A stretch of 64,000 nt of DNA, taken from Microthyrium microscopicum. Lineage: Eukaryota. The stretch lies in NCBI GenBank assembly GCA_010405405.1, contig MU004240.1, positions 1,084,882 to 1,148,881 on the forward strand, written 5' to 3'. A program made the position numbers and the translations under genes. Shown here piece after piece: positions 37,758-49,450 of this stretch. The notes under the pieces are model-generated. The model saw only the letters and a program-made list of their open reading frames with translations. It did no database searches and was not told the DNA's origin. The number at the start of each line of letters is the position of its first letter. Position 1 is the first letter of the stretch.

Positions 37758-39188
37758 TTACTCAAAAAATTGGTTCTTCGGCCTTGCCAGACCAAGATGT
37801 TCTCTCAACGTTGTCCCCTCGTAGTCGTTACGGAACAATCCACGGCGTTGCAATTCCGGTACCAAGCGCTGAGTAACATCGTCGAGACCCTGTGGTAAGA
37901 AAGGCATAACACAAGTGAACCCATCGCATGCTCCTTCTTTAAGCCATTCTTCCATCGTGTCTGCTATGGACTCTGGTGTCCCTAGCAGACATAATCCAGC
38001 ATAGCCGCCGTAACGTGAGGCTAGTTGTCTAACGGTCAACTTCTCTGTCTCAGCCAACTTGATGACTCCCGCGCGACTGGTTTTGCTTGCGTTAGTTTCT
38101 GGTAGATTCGTTGGCAATTGACCATCAGGATCAAACTCAGATGCATCAGTGCCCAGTGCAATGGATAATGAGGATATGGCACTATCGTAATGCACGAGAC
38201 TGTCGACCTTGAGGCGCTTTGACTGAGCATCTTCCACTGTATCACCAACGATTATCATCGCAGCCGGCAGAATCTTGAGACTACTACGATCACGTCCAGC
38301 AGCTTCAGCACGGCCTTTGATATCCGCATAGAGTTCTTTCGCAGCATCCAGATTCTTTGGCGAACAGAAAACACATTCCGCAGTCTCAGCAGCAAGCTGT
38401 CGACCAGGATCCGACTGACCAGCCTGAACAATGACCGGCCAACCTTGCACAGGTCTCGCAATATTCAGCGGCCCTCTTACGGAGAGCTCATCGCCCTTGT
38501 GGTTGAGAACATGCATTTTCTCAGGGTCCAGGTACGTGCCGGACTTTTGATCACGCACAAACGCATCGTCGGCAAAGCTATCCCAGAGTCCAGTGACGAC
38601 ATCGTAAAACTCGCGAGCTCGTTTATACCGATCGCTATGCTGCATATGCTCATCCTGGCCAAAGTTTTTGGCTGATTCAGGGTTGCCGGTGGTGACAATA
38701 TTCCAGGCAGCTCGTCCACCACTGATGTGATCGAGCGAGGCGAAGCGACGAGCGATATGATATGGCTCGTCATATGTTGTGGACGCAGTCGCAGCCAGGC
38801 CGATTCTCTCAGTGACCTGTGAAAGCGCGGACAATAGTGTGAATGGTTCGAAGGATGTCACGGTGTGACTGCGCTTCAGAGCCTCGACTGGCATGTTGAG
38901 CACAGCCAGATGATCCGCCATAAAGAAGGCATCGAATTTGGCAGCTTCTAGCTTTTGTATGAAGGACTTTAGATGTGTGAGATTGAAGTTGGCATCTGGG
39001 TATGCTCCTGGATATCGCCAGGCTCCGGTATGTAAGGACACAGGTCTCATGAAAGCAGTGAGATGTAGTTGTTTTGCGGCTTTAGAACCCTCGCCGCCTT
39101 CTAGACTGTCTGTTTTGTTCTTCTTGGAGCCATTGTTGCCGTTTTCTTCTGTTCCATTTCCGTTCTCTTCATGCTTACGTTTCGTCAT
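37758..39188 (-). CDS. Luciferase-like FMN-dependent monooxygenase, NtaA/SnaA/DszA family, intronless
   Basis: HTGAWRYPGA, KFDAFFMAD, FEPFTLLSAL, ATASTTYDEPYHIARRFASLDHISGGRAAWNIVTT, QAGQS..GR, LVPELQRRGLFR.DYEGTTLREHLGL; first ATG at 39188. Confidence 0.95.
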   Translation of the reverse strand: MTKRKHEENGNGTEENGNNGSKKNKTDSLEGGEGSKAAKQLHLTAFMRPVSLHTGAWRYPGAYPDANFNLTHLKSFIQKLEAAKFDAFFMADHLAVLNMPVEALKRSHTVTSFEPFTLLSALSQVTERIGLAATASTTYDEPYHIARRFASLDHISGGRAAWNIVTTGNPESAKNFGQDEHMQHSDRYKRAREFYDVVTGLWDSFADDAFVRDQKSGTYLDPEKMHVLNHKGDELSVRGPLNIARPVQGWPVIVQAGQSDPGRQLAAETAECVFCSPKNLDAAKELYADIKGRAEAAGRDRSSLKILPAAMIIVGDTVEDAQSKRLKVDSLVHYDSAISSLSIALGTDASEFDPDGQLPTNLPETNASKTSRAGVIKLAETEKLTVRQLASRYGGYAGLCLLGTPESIADTMEEWLKEGACDGFTCVMPFLPQGLDDVTQRLVPELQRRGLFRNDYEGTTLREHLGLARPKNQFFE

Positions 39189-39858
39189 GTTGGCAGTGGC
39201 TGATGTGGGCAATTGTGTATTCCGCGCTCCTATATTTCAAAACGTTGAAACAGGACAAGCGAGCATCTGATACTTGTATGCGAGCTCAAGTAGTTCGGTG
39301 GAAAGTAGTAATCAATGATATATAATCACATCCTTGATGGCATTAGCTGGGGTAGCAATCACGACATCGTCGATTTCATGCGGGGCGTGCATCTGTGTCC
39401 AGCCTCCAGTATTGTAGGGTAAAGTGAGAGATACGAGTAGAAGGATCAAAACGTTTGTTGTAGACAAAGTACCTAGTAAGTTAAGTTAACCCATGTCATA
39501 AATGCAGTGGGTACAGTGATGTGCAGCCAGCATAATCTCTAAGTCTGAAGTTGAACACAACAATCAGCAAATACTAATGATCAAACCGAGCACTAAAGAG
39601 GCCTAGGTAAATTGATATTAGAAACTGGAAGCTGCCCGTTAAGTTTCTTGGTGCTCTTGCCCAGATCGTTTACCTGGTGTTAGGTGAGCCAACAGAGAGA
39701 AAGCTTGCAGGTAGCAAGTTTATGGAGGTACTTTCTTATCTTGCAATATGCTCCTTAGATAACAAGCATTATCAACATTGCAATTCAAAGTGGACCTAGT
39801 TGATATGGATTGAATGGGCCGTAGAAGTTGTCTATGATTACTACCGCTGCATCCTACT

Positions 39859-40250
39859 CTAGACCAGGAGTCGCCCATGAGCCGATATGATATTGGCTCC
39901 AGTAAGAGAGTTATATTTCATCAAATAGATTTACATCTCCGCAATATCCTCTGGCTCGCTAATCTTGCACGTCGGCGTCATCTTACTGAACACATCCAGC
40001 GGCACATCTTTGGCAACATGGCGCAGCATATCGGTGCGAAATGCACCAGGTGTGGCCATATTCACCAGAAAGATGCATTTCAGGTCGACAGAGTGGTGCT
40101 TTTTGTGGGAATGTCTCTTTTCTCATGCTTGAGCCACCCAGATGCCATGTTGTGTTGCGCTCCTGGGAGATATGTATATCGCCAATAAGCAAGGCGTTAT
40201 ATGAGCACAATGCTACCGATATCACTTAAGCTCCGGTGGGCAAGACGAGT
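39859..40250 (-). pseudogene. Degenerate short-chain dehydrogenase/reductase (C-terminal half)
   Basis: Manual translation VNMATPGAFRTDM...TPTCKISEPEDIAEM*IYLMKYNSLTGANIISAHGRLLV* with in-frame TAA at 39931-39933; frameshifted upstream piece LSDIGSIVLI*...PTKS. Confidence 0.7.
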
Positions 40251-40962
40251 CGTTGATACTCAACAGGCACCTCAATTGAGGATGATGTTACTCTAGATAT
40301 GAATCGAAGTGTGCTCCCATAACCGTGAGATGCTGTCGATCTTTCACATCATCAGCGATATTTCAACATAGGCTCGTTAGAGGAAGTAATGACTTGTACG
40401 ATAGGAATGTCAAATTGAAGGTGATTGTCTTGGCTTTTTGGGACCTCTGCTGGTGGTTGTTAGCACCTTAATTGGGAAGGAGCATTGGGCAAGGGGGTTG
40501 GTTTCTTACCTACGGCTACCAGTCGCGACATCTCCTTACTACATGCCCCTTCTGGCCTTCGTCGTCTTTCTTCCGCATACATTGCAACTCCAGTACCTCT
40601 CTCCTTCTACCTTTCTGGAACGTAGCAGCGCCAGACTCCAGAGGAAGACGCGTCGTGCTTCACGCGACACTAAACGAAAAGAGTGGATCAACAGTGACGT
40701 CACGATGGAAAATGCAAAGGGTTCGCGAATGGCCTAGCCGCGCTTGGTCGCATTTCACGTTGCCGCCGACGACAATTGACGAACAGACAACACGCTGCGC
40801 CATCGACTGAATACCATACTACCTTTGCATACGAGACCCGATCGCTGTTACAACCTAATTGTGTGCCAGATGAAACGCTGAAAACCTGCATTCGTTGCCG
40901 GCTTGGATCTGGACGCCAAACCGCCAGAAAAACCATTGCAACCCCTGTCATGAGCCGCCAAT

Positions 40963-43900
40963 ATGAGGGATCAGGTCCAACAACTCTCTTCCGAGTACAT
41001 CGACTACCTGAACTATGACCAAAGTCTTACCTTTGTCTTGGACCTGGAAGCTTACAACACTAGCCTGCAAGGCAAGGATATATTAACATTTTGCAATTCC
41101 GCTTTGCGCGAAAATCATCCGATCCATGAAATTATATCTCTCATCTTCTCCCCAACTACATCTTTGTCACAGCATGCAACCGAGGCCGAGTTTGCTACCT
41201 GGATTTCTGACCAGTTGGCGAGTACTGGTATCCGGAAATCGAAAACCTTCTTCGACGTATTATGGACGATCACATTACTCCCCGATCGTGCTGTGATTCG
41301 TGGGATTGATTGTTCAAATATCGAGTCGGACGGTTTCAATGGTGTGAGCACACAGGGAGAGAATCCGGAAATCGTGCCAGGACAAGCCGCTATTCTAAGC
41401 AATTCAAAATCAGATTTAGACGAGTCGAGGCTTGAGCCCGGCATATCTTTGAAAAGCATCGAATCTACCAAGCCTTTAGAGGAAAATTGGCCACCCAAGG
41501 AAATGTGTTCGTCTTCTTATATCGCCTGGTTTCGCGACTTCGACTGGGCCTCCACGTCACTTGGGCCAACTCATGAATGGCCTGATCAGCTGAAACGACT
41601 ATGCGAATTAATGCTTGTCAATCCGGATCCAGTGACAGTTTTCTGGGGACCGGAACTCATTCTAATCTACAATGAGCACTATGTAGCTCTAGCAGGAGAC
41701 AAGCATCCACAAATGATGGGGGGATCGGCAAGAGAACATTGGGCCGAGATCTGGGATCAGTACGATTCATTATTTGATCAAATGATTCTTGACAGGCAAG
41801 CTTTCAAGCAAGAGAACACTCAGCTTCACATCCGCCGACGAGGCTTCCTTGAAGAAGGCTTCTTCAATATGAGAGTCATGCCAATTCTGGGTCGCGATGG
41901 CTCGGTAATCGGGTTCTACGAGCCAGTGTCTGAAGTCACGAAGCAGGTGTTGACGGAGAGAAGAATGCATACGCTGTTGAAGCTGAGTGAGCGCACTTCT
42001 TCTGCAACTGCATTGCCAGATATTTGGCGTTTACTCCTGGAAGCATTGAAAGATCATCCAAGCGATATTCACTTTGCTGAATTGTACAGCCTACAGGACG
42101 AGGTCACATCAACGGACAAGCCACAGTACAAGTTGCATGGCGCCGTCGGTTTCAAAATGGACCATCCGGGCTTACAATCGGCACTGGAAATATCTGATTC
42201 AGACCGGCAGGGATTACACACTGCTTTGCGACAAGCACACGCCAGCAACAAACCTGCTGTGTTGTCTACTGCAGATGGAAGTCTCTCTTCGTCGTTTCTT
42301 ACCAAATTGGAAACAGTTGGCATAACTGAACCACCGAGAACATGCATCGTGTGTCCTCTATCGTGTAGTTTGGACGATGGCATTGAGGCAATGCTAGTGA
42401 TTGGCGTCAATCCCAAGAGATACTACAACGAGGATTACGAGCTCTTTGTCAACTTGCTCACCAGGCAAGTGGAAAGCACCATCACTTTTGTTAAACTATT
42501 CGAGAAGGAAAAGGAACGTCTACGCCAACAGGCAGTCTTTGATGGCGAGCTGAAATTCAAAAAGTTTGCAGAATCGGCCACGGTCGGAATCTTTTCGTTT
42601 GATCCTGCTGGTAACATAACATTCTGTAATGAATCCTGGCTGGAGTTGAGTGGACATGACAGAAACGACATGTCCGCCATGTCTTGGACCAACGATGTCC
42701 ATCCTGACAGTGTCGAAGATACTAAAAAGTACTGGGACAAGATTGTCAACCTTGAGGGACAACAAACCTTTGAAGTTCAATACAAGAAGCCATGGAAACC
42801 ATCTAACTTGAGCGATGATTCAATCTACTTAGATCGGACATGGGTTATAGCGTCAGCATATCCAGAAATTTCGGAAGAAGGCGAGCTTACAGCGATTCTC
42901 GGCTGCATTACTGACATATCGACCTGGAAGTGGGTTGATCAACTGCAATCGCAGCGTCTCAAGGAAGCGATTGAGCTCAAACGACAGCAAGAAAACTTCC
43001 TAGACATCACATCCCATGAAATGCGTAACCCATTAAATGCAATACTACATTGTGCCGCAGAGCTAGTGGATTTGCTTTCGGGTATCATCGCCTCAACCCC
43101 AGAACGAGCTCTAGTGATAAGCGACTGCCTCGATGCTTCGCGGACTATTGTTTATTGCGGCAGACATCAGAAACGCATTATAGACGATGTTCTCACACTA
43201 TCAAAGCTGGATTCAAATTTACTGAGCATCACCCCAGTCGAAACGCAACCACTTCACGTAGTTGAAGAAGTTCTCAAAGTTTTTGATACGGAAATCAGAG
43301 CATCAAACATAAAAACACAAACAAAGCTGGCCGACTCTTACAAAAATCTGCAGATAAAGACTCTTTTAGTGGATCCACATCGACTTATTCAAGTATTAAT
43401 CAATCTCGTGGTATGTTTACGTTATTGATCTTGTCTCACGGGTTTCAGGATCCCAATTCTGACCATTTTGCAGGCCAACGCCATCAAGTTCACCAAAGGT
43501 GAATCATTACGAAGCTTACATATAGTCATTGACGCATATGCGACAGAGCCCGTGAGCTCAGATAGCGGAGTACGATACGTACCTAGTGGTCGCCATCAGG
43601 TCGATCCAACAGCCCGAGCCGAATGGGGAACCGGAGACATTGTCTACCTCTATTTCTCAGTTCAGGACACAGGCCCTGGAATGACGCCTCATGAAGCGGA
43701 CCAGCTTTTCAACCGCTTTATACAAGGATCACCACGAACACACGTCCAGTACGGAGGTTCTGGGCTAGGTCTCTTCATCAGCAGAGAATTGGCAGAATTG
43801 CACGGTGGACGTATCGGCATCAGTTCTGAGCTTGGCTTTGGCAGCACATTCGATTTCTACGTCAAAGGCAGACGGGCTACAGCTAGCGCAAGTCAACAAA

Positions 43901-44487
43901 TACCAGAAGATTATCCTCGTCAAATGATAGCTTCGCATAAACCGATTTCCAGAACGCAGAGCCCAGATCAGTCTCTGCCAGCTGCACTGCCGTCGATGAA
44001 TTCCAACGTCATCCCCGAAAACCTCTCTTCCGTTCCTGTTATCCACGTACTCGTGGTAGAAGACAATCTCATTAACCAAAAGATCTTGGCCAAAATAATA
44101 AGAAAGCAAGGCTACGCAGTCAGCATTGCTAATCATGGCGAGGAAGCACTCAATATTGTTCAATCATCAACATGGCACAGGAGTCCTTCTATGGAGAACG
44201 CGCTAAAACTCGATATCGTTTTAGCAGATATCGAGATGCCGATTATGGACGGCAAGGAGTTTGTGCGGCGCGTTAGAAAGATGCAGAGCGAAGGAGTTCT
44301 GGCTAGTTATATACCAATCATCGCGGTCACAGGAAATGCTAGAAACGAGCAGGTTCTGAAGGCGAAAGAGTCTGGATTTAATGAGGTTGTGAGCAAACCA
44401 TATCGTGAGAGCGATGTTGTTTCCATGATTGAGAATTACATAAAGCAAGAGCATAGATTGGAGCAGAGTACTCCAGATGAATCATGA
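40963..44487 (+). CDS. Hybrid sensor histidine kinase (PAS/GAF-like, PAS, HisKA, HATPase, REC; group XI-like), 2 exons
   Basis: FDWASTSLGP..EWP; H-box FLDITSHEMRNPL; N-box QVLINLV|ANAIKF; VQDTGPGM; GGSGLGLFISR; receiver VLVVEDN, DIEMPIMDG, SKPY. Confidence 0.93.
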
Positions 44488-45039
44488 TAGAACTAGTACA
44501 CTCACCTTTATCTTTTTTGTCGCTGAATGATTCGCGAAGTCTACTTGGCAGGACATGAACTATCCTTAGTGAGCACTGACATGGAAGCAATATATCTACT
44601 AATATTCCTGCTTGAAGCAGTTGACATAATGAACCTTCAAACTTCGTCATCTGCTGCCTTACTCTCCTATGCCTCTGAGACTCTCCGACACTTTTCTTAT
44701 AACTTAGTAGGAAATCATTCGTCGAGTGGTTATAACAGGTAGCTTTAGTTAACCTTGGAATTTGTAAGCACTAGATCTCAGATCCACAAAGATCGACAAC
44801 TATCAACCTCTTACCCCACAAGCATGCTCTACTAAAGGTACTAACGACTAGTCGCATTCAATACTTTTCTCATAAACTTGCGTCAGAGTCTTGATAGTTG
44901 TCACAGCCCCGCATCCGATCGGTTGTCATCAATTACTTCTACTAGTAGTAGTACATAATCCACAAGTCGATCCTCCTCAATTCACTCCGACTTTCATAAA
45001 TATATGCGAGGTGGAAATCCTCCCGTTTTTGATAAGACC

Positions 45040-46697
45040 ATGAAAATACCAAATTACATGTTCTCGAGCCTTGGTGTGGCCCTTGGCGGTCTACTCAATG
45101 GCCTTGACACAGGATGTATTGGCCCAATCACTACAATGCCGGAATTCGAGGCAGTGATGGGCAAGCTCAGTCCTGGACTACTGGGCTTTACGGTCTCTTT
45201 GATCATGTTGACGGGAGCTGTGCCATCAGTGTTTGCTGGATATTTTGCAGACAAACTCGGCCGATTGAAAGTCATTGGCGTTGGAGCTACATTATTTCTT
45301 GTAGGCGCAATCTTGCAGGGTGCGTCGAGCAAGTTGGCAACTTTCTTGTGTGGAAGAGCTATTGCTGGTCTGGGTGAGGGAGTTTTCTTGAGCAATATCA
45401 CTGTGTGAGTGAGCGGAGATAAGCTTCATGAGAAGATTACCATGGAGGCTAACAAGTCACAGGTATATCTCTGAGATAGCACCATCAGTTCGACGAGGTC
45501 CACTGGCTAGTATGCCTCAGTTTCTGGCTACTACTGGAGTGTGTCTTGGTTATTTTATATGCTACGGCACAACACTTGTTACAAACCAGTTCTCGTGGCG
45601 AGCACCATACATCGTCCAATCTGCGGTCGCTGTGATGCTTATGGCTTGCTGCATTGTCTTACCAGAGTCACCACGGTGGCTGGTTGGCAAAGGCAGGAAA
45701 GAAGAAGCTATCGCCTCAATCAAAAAGCTGGGCGTCTCAATGGCAGAGGCTGAACATGACTTCCTCGGAAGTCAGAATCAAGAGGCCACTAGCTTGTCTT
45801 TGTGGCACAGCTTCTCGCTATTGTTTCGCAGAGGTTACCGAGCTCGAACTATCCTGGCGCTCTTCCTACTTGGTATGGTGCAACTCTCCGGTATCGATGG
45901 AGTACTTTATGTAAGATACCTCTCATGAGATTCGTCATAACGCACAACTGATCTGCGCACAGTACGCTCCCATCTTATTCGCTCAAGCAGGTCTTCCATC
46001 AACTACCTCTTCATTCTTAGCATCCGGTTTATCGGCGATCCTGATGCTACTAATATCAATCCCAGCGTGGCTACTTGCAGATAAATGGAACCGACGAACC
46101 TCTGCCATATCAGGCGGACTCGGTCTCTCGTTCTGCATGCTAACCATTGGCACACTCTACGCTTCCAACGCCGTTCACCCACAAGGGGCTGCACGCTGGG
46201 TAGTCATCATTCTGGTGTTTGTCTTCGGCATGACTTTCTGCGCTACGTGGGCCATAGTTGGGAAGATCTACGCGAGCGAAATTCAGCCCGCAAACACGCG
46301 AGCTGCTGCCAATTGTGTTGCTGTTGGACTCGGATTCGTGAGTTTCCATCGAAAAACTACCCATGTACAGTCAATTAACACTTCGTAGTTCACCAACTTT
46401 TTGGTTGCCATCCTGACACCATTGTTCCTTGCCAAATCCGCTTTTGGCGCATACTTCCTCTTTGGATTCCTTGCATTAGGGACGGTCTCTGTACTCGCTG
46501 CTTATATGCCTGAGACACGCGGACGCTCTCTCGAAAACATTCAAGAGGCTTTCCATCGTCCAGTCGCTGCTGGTTGGCCATCGCAGCTTCGTAAGAGATT
46601 TACAAAATCGCGCTCTTCTGGGACGAGAGAAGAAGACAGTATGGAGCTGCGGAACCACGCCACGTTGTCGACTACAGCCATAAATAGGATATCCTAG
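45040..46697 (+). CDS. MFS sugar porter family transporter, 4 exons (alternative ATG at 45004)
   Basis: GLDTGCIG, ADKLGR, YISEIAP..RG, LPESPRWL, QLSGIDGVLY|YAP, YASEIQP..TRA, MPETRGRSLE. Confidence 0.92.
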
Positions 46698-46906
46698 AGC
46701 TGATAAACCACTATCGTCATAGCACCGTTCTTGGGAAATAACTTCTGGAAAATAGGGGTTGCACTTTCGCTCCTCCCAAAAACAGTGGGATCTCGGTGTA
46801 GCTTAGTGTCCGCAAAAGGGCGCTAGGGACGGCCCGCGTAGCTAGCGCGATCATACAAAGAGAGAAGGAGCTGAGAAACATTCTCCAACTTCATTTCACA
46901 TTTATT

Positions 46907-47939
46907 CTAATCATGCAGCTGTTTGAGTCCCTCATGATAGTCGCTAGTGCCGTGCAATGGATCTGCATCTTTTGCTTTGCACTTCGGGTTCTGTTTACCC
47001 ATGCCATGCGAACCGTCAACCCGCATGAAGCTCTGGCCTCGAGCCTTCAACATGTTCCTCGCAGCGTCCTCATACCAGCCATTCACGAAGTCTCCATGGA
47101 AGCAGTACCCATCTCCGAGCTATATTATGGATTAGTTCACAGTCTTCGCGGTCATAAGACAAATGGATGTACTCACGGCTCCGCAAGAAAGCTTGAATGG
47201 TGGCGTGCCTTTCCATCCTTGTGGAATAGCGCTACGCGTATTGTACCGCACTGAGAAGCGCAGTGAAGGCATCCGCTTCATGCCTGCTGGACAGCGTCCA
47301 CCGTGAGCTGCGGCATATGCGTAGTCCTTTAGGTTGCCTGGATTCACACAGTCTGGGAATCGCAGGATCGCTTGCATATGAGCGCTGCAAGTTGTCCGAG
47401 GGAATGTGCCTCGAGGTCGACTGCCGCGATCCTCTGGTCCATTGCCATCGCACCACCAGGTGATAGCGGATATTTTTTCGTTGATATCGGATTGGCTCTT
47501 TGCTGTCTGGTTGCCCGCGACCATGTAGAAGTCGTTTGGAAAAGGGATTTCAGCCCTGTCTATTTGCTAAAATTTGTCAGCGTAAGAACTTCAGATTCAT
47601 GCTTCGAGGCTGTTTCACCGAGAAGCTTACCTCATAATATGTTTTAAAGGTTGCTGGATATATTTCCTTGTAGGTATCCCCTTGGACATACCAAAGCGTA
47701 GGTGCCCAGTAGACTGAAAGGTCATTTGGGTTCTCGCCAGATGGGCATCCCTTTTGTAAGTCCTTTGTCGTTGGTAGAACATTGGTTATGGCATCTGAAC
47801 CGTAGAAAGAGTGCATATGAGAGACATATTTCCCTGGATGCACGATGGGATCAATATTCTTTCGCATAAAAGGCCGATGTTGGATATCCGTGAGGGCAAC
47901 AACCGTCCCTACCAGCAAAGTTACTGAGGCTCCAATCAT
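46907..47939 (-). CDS. DUF1996 domain protein, probably secreted, 3 exons
   Basis: NIDPIVHPG, HMHSFYG, DLSVYWAPTL, LRFPDC, FHGDFVNGW motifs; short hydrophobic N-terminus; an upstream in-frame ATG at 48017 is possible. Confidence 0.85.
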
Positions 47940-48844
47940 ACTGAACAGTGTTTTATCCGCGATAGTTTTCGGATGAATCGAGCTCGTTGAAATAGGCTCA
48001 AAATTATGTTTTAGCATCGTGATAAGATGGATGGGACGAATGGTATGTTATAACTGACCCTTGCAGTTAGCTGCAACCCAAACCTGGCAAATGAGCACCA
48101 AAACCTGGATATCTTTAATATATAAACATTTAGCCGGTGTGGGGAAACTGTTGCAAAGTCGATCCTTAATCTGGTATATCGCTTAGAATAGCCTCGCTGT
48201 GTCCAGTCAAAAAGCGGCATCTTCTCTTCATGTGTTGTGTCTGTCACGGAAAAATGCTGTTTTATCTGGACAATAATAACCTTCGCTGGCAACTACATAT
48301 TTGAAGGTCATCTGCATAAGCTAGTGCAGGAACAGCCGTGCGATTGATGTTGTAGTAAGACTCTCACGGAGAATATTACTTCATGTTGACCTTGCAACCC
48401 TTCTTAGCTATTTTTGATTCAGTCACATAAGCAACCCCGATCGTAGCAAGTTTGCTAGCGAGATTTGCACATCTATTGGTTCTCCAAGTAGATTGAAAGG
48501 CTATCTTAACCTCCGGCTCAATTCCCACCACTTGGAAACCAGTAGCGAGCAAGTCTATGCAAAATAGCTCCACGCATTAAACGACGAGAACTTACACTAA
48601 AGAAGCAGCGTTATTTCCACAACAGAGTCACACCATTCTGTAGGTCAACCCTATATCAATGCAAAGAAGCTTTTTGAAACCCAGGATTTACCATGACTTC
48701 GCTCAGAAATGGAGCTTGTTCTCCTAACGTATGGTTTCTTTGGGGATTTCGACTCGTCCTAATGTTTACATATACTTCAGGCTGGCTTCTTCGACTCTGT
48801 CTTGTTGTTTTGTCAGTATGTATAAAATTTGAGTATGGTTTCCG

Positions 48845-49065
48845 TGGCCAGATCGATCACCTAGCTCCTTGGGCTGCGACTGGAAGTCAAAAAGGAAGTG
48901 ATCCAGTGGTAAGGTGAGGCAAAATACAACCTTCAGAAATACAATAAAGATTTGCATAAAACGCCCAAGAACTGATTCATGGCATCCAAACCGCAGGGCT
49001 TCCCAACTTGTTGACCACAAACTGCGTCATTATGCAAGAGGATGGAGTTGATGGTGAAGGAGAAT
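48845..49065 (-). pseudogene. Possible highly decayed MFS (Dal5/Tna1 allantoate permease-like) fragment
   Basis: Collinear fragments across frameshifts: INSILL, FVVNKLGSPAVWMP*, LGVLC, PKELGDRS. Confidence 0.3.
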
Positions 49066-49450
49066 GGCTTATGATTTCGAATCGATCTCCCGGAGTCCAA
49101 TGAGACACACTCAGAATATATTGAGGCAGGCACAGGTGTTAAGACCTTTGAAGTGTAACACAAACTAGAAATAGGAAATATTGATGTGCTGCGCCTCAGT
49201 ATTATGCAGCCTAAAGAAGGCAGGCTGCTTCATTGCTTACTGCTTCCCCAGCTCTCTACCTAGGTAGTCTTACCTCAACCTCTCTCTTTCTACCACCCGC
49301 CGAGCCTTCGCATACTACCGAATTCTGAGCACCGATCGCCGTACTTCTCGATACGAATGCTGGAAGGCTGTCACTTCCAGGCGGTACACGTAACGCTTTG
49401 GAAGCAAGCTGTTAGGCCTTTCGCAAAACAACACCGGATAAAAAGATTGG

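Noticed and set aside
46800..46852. Small GC-rich hairpins between the sugar porter and DUF1996 3' ends
   Set aside because: Short and dependent on G-U pairs; no tRNA or riboswitch motifs
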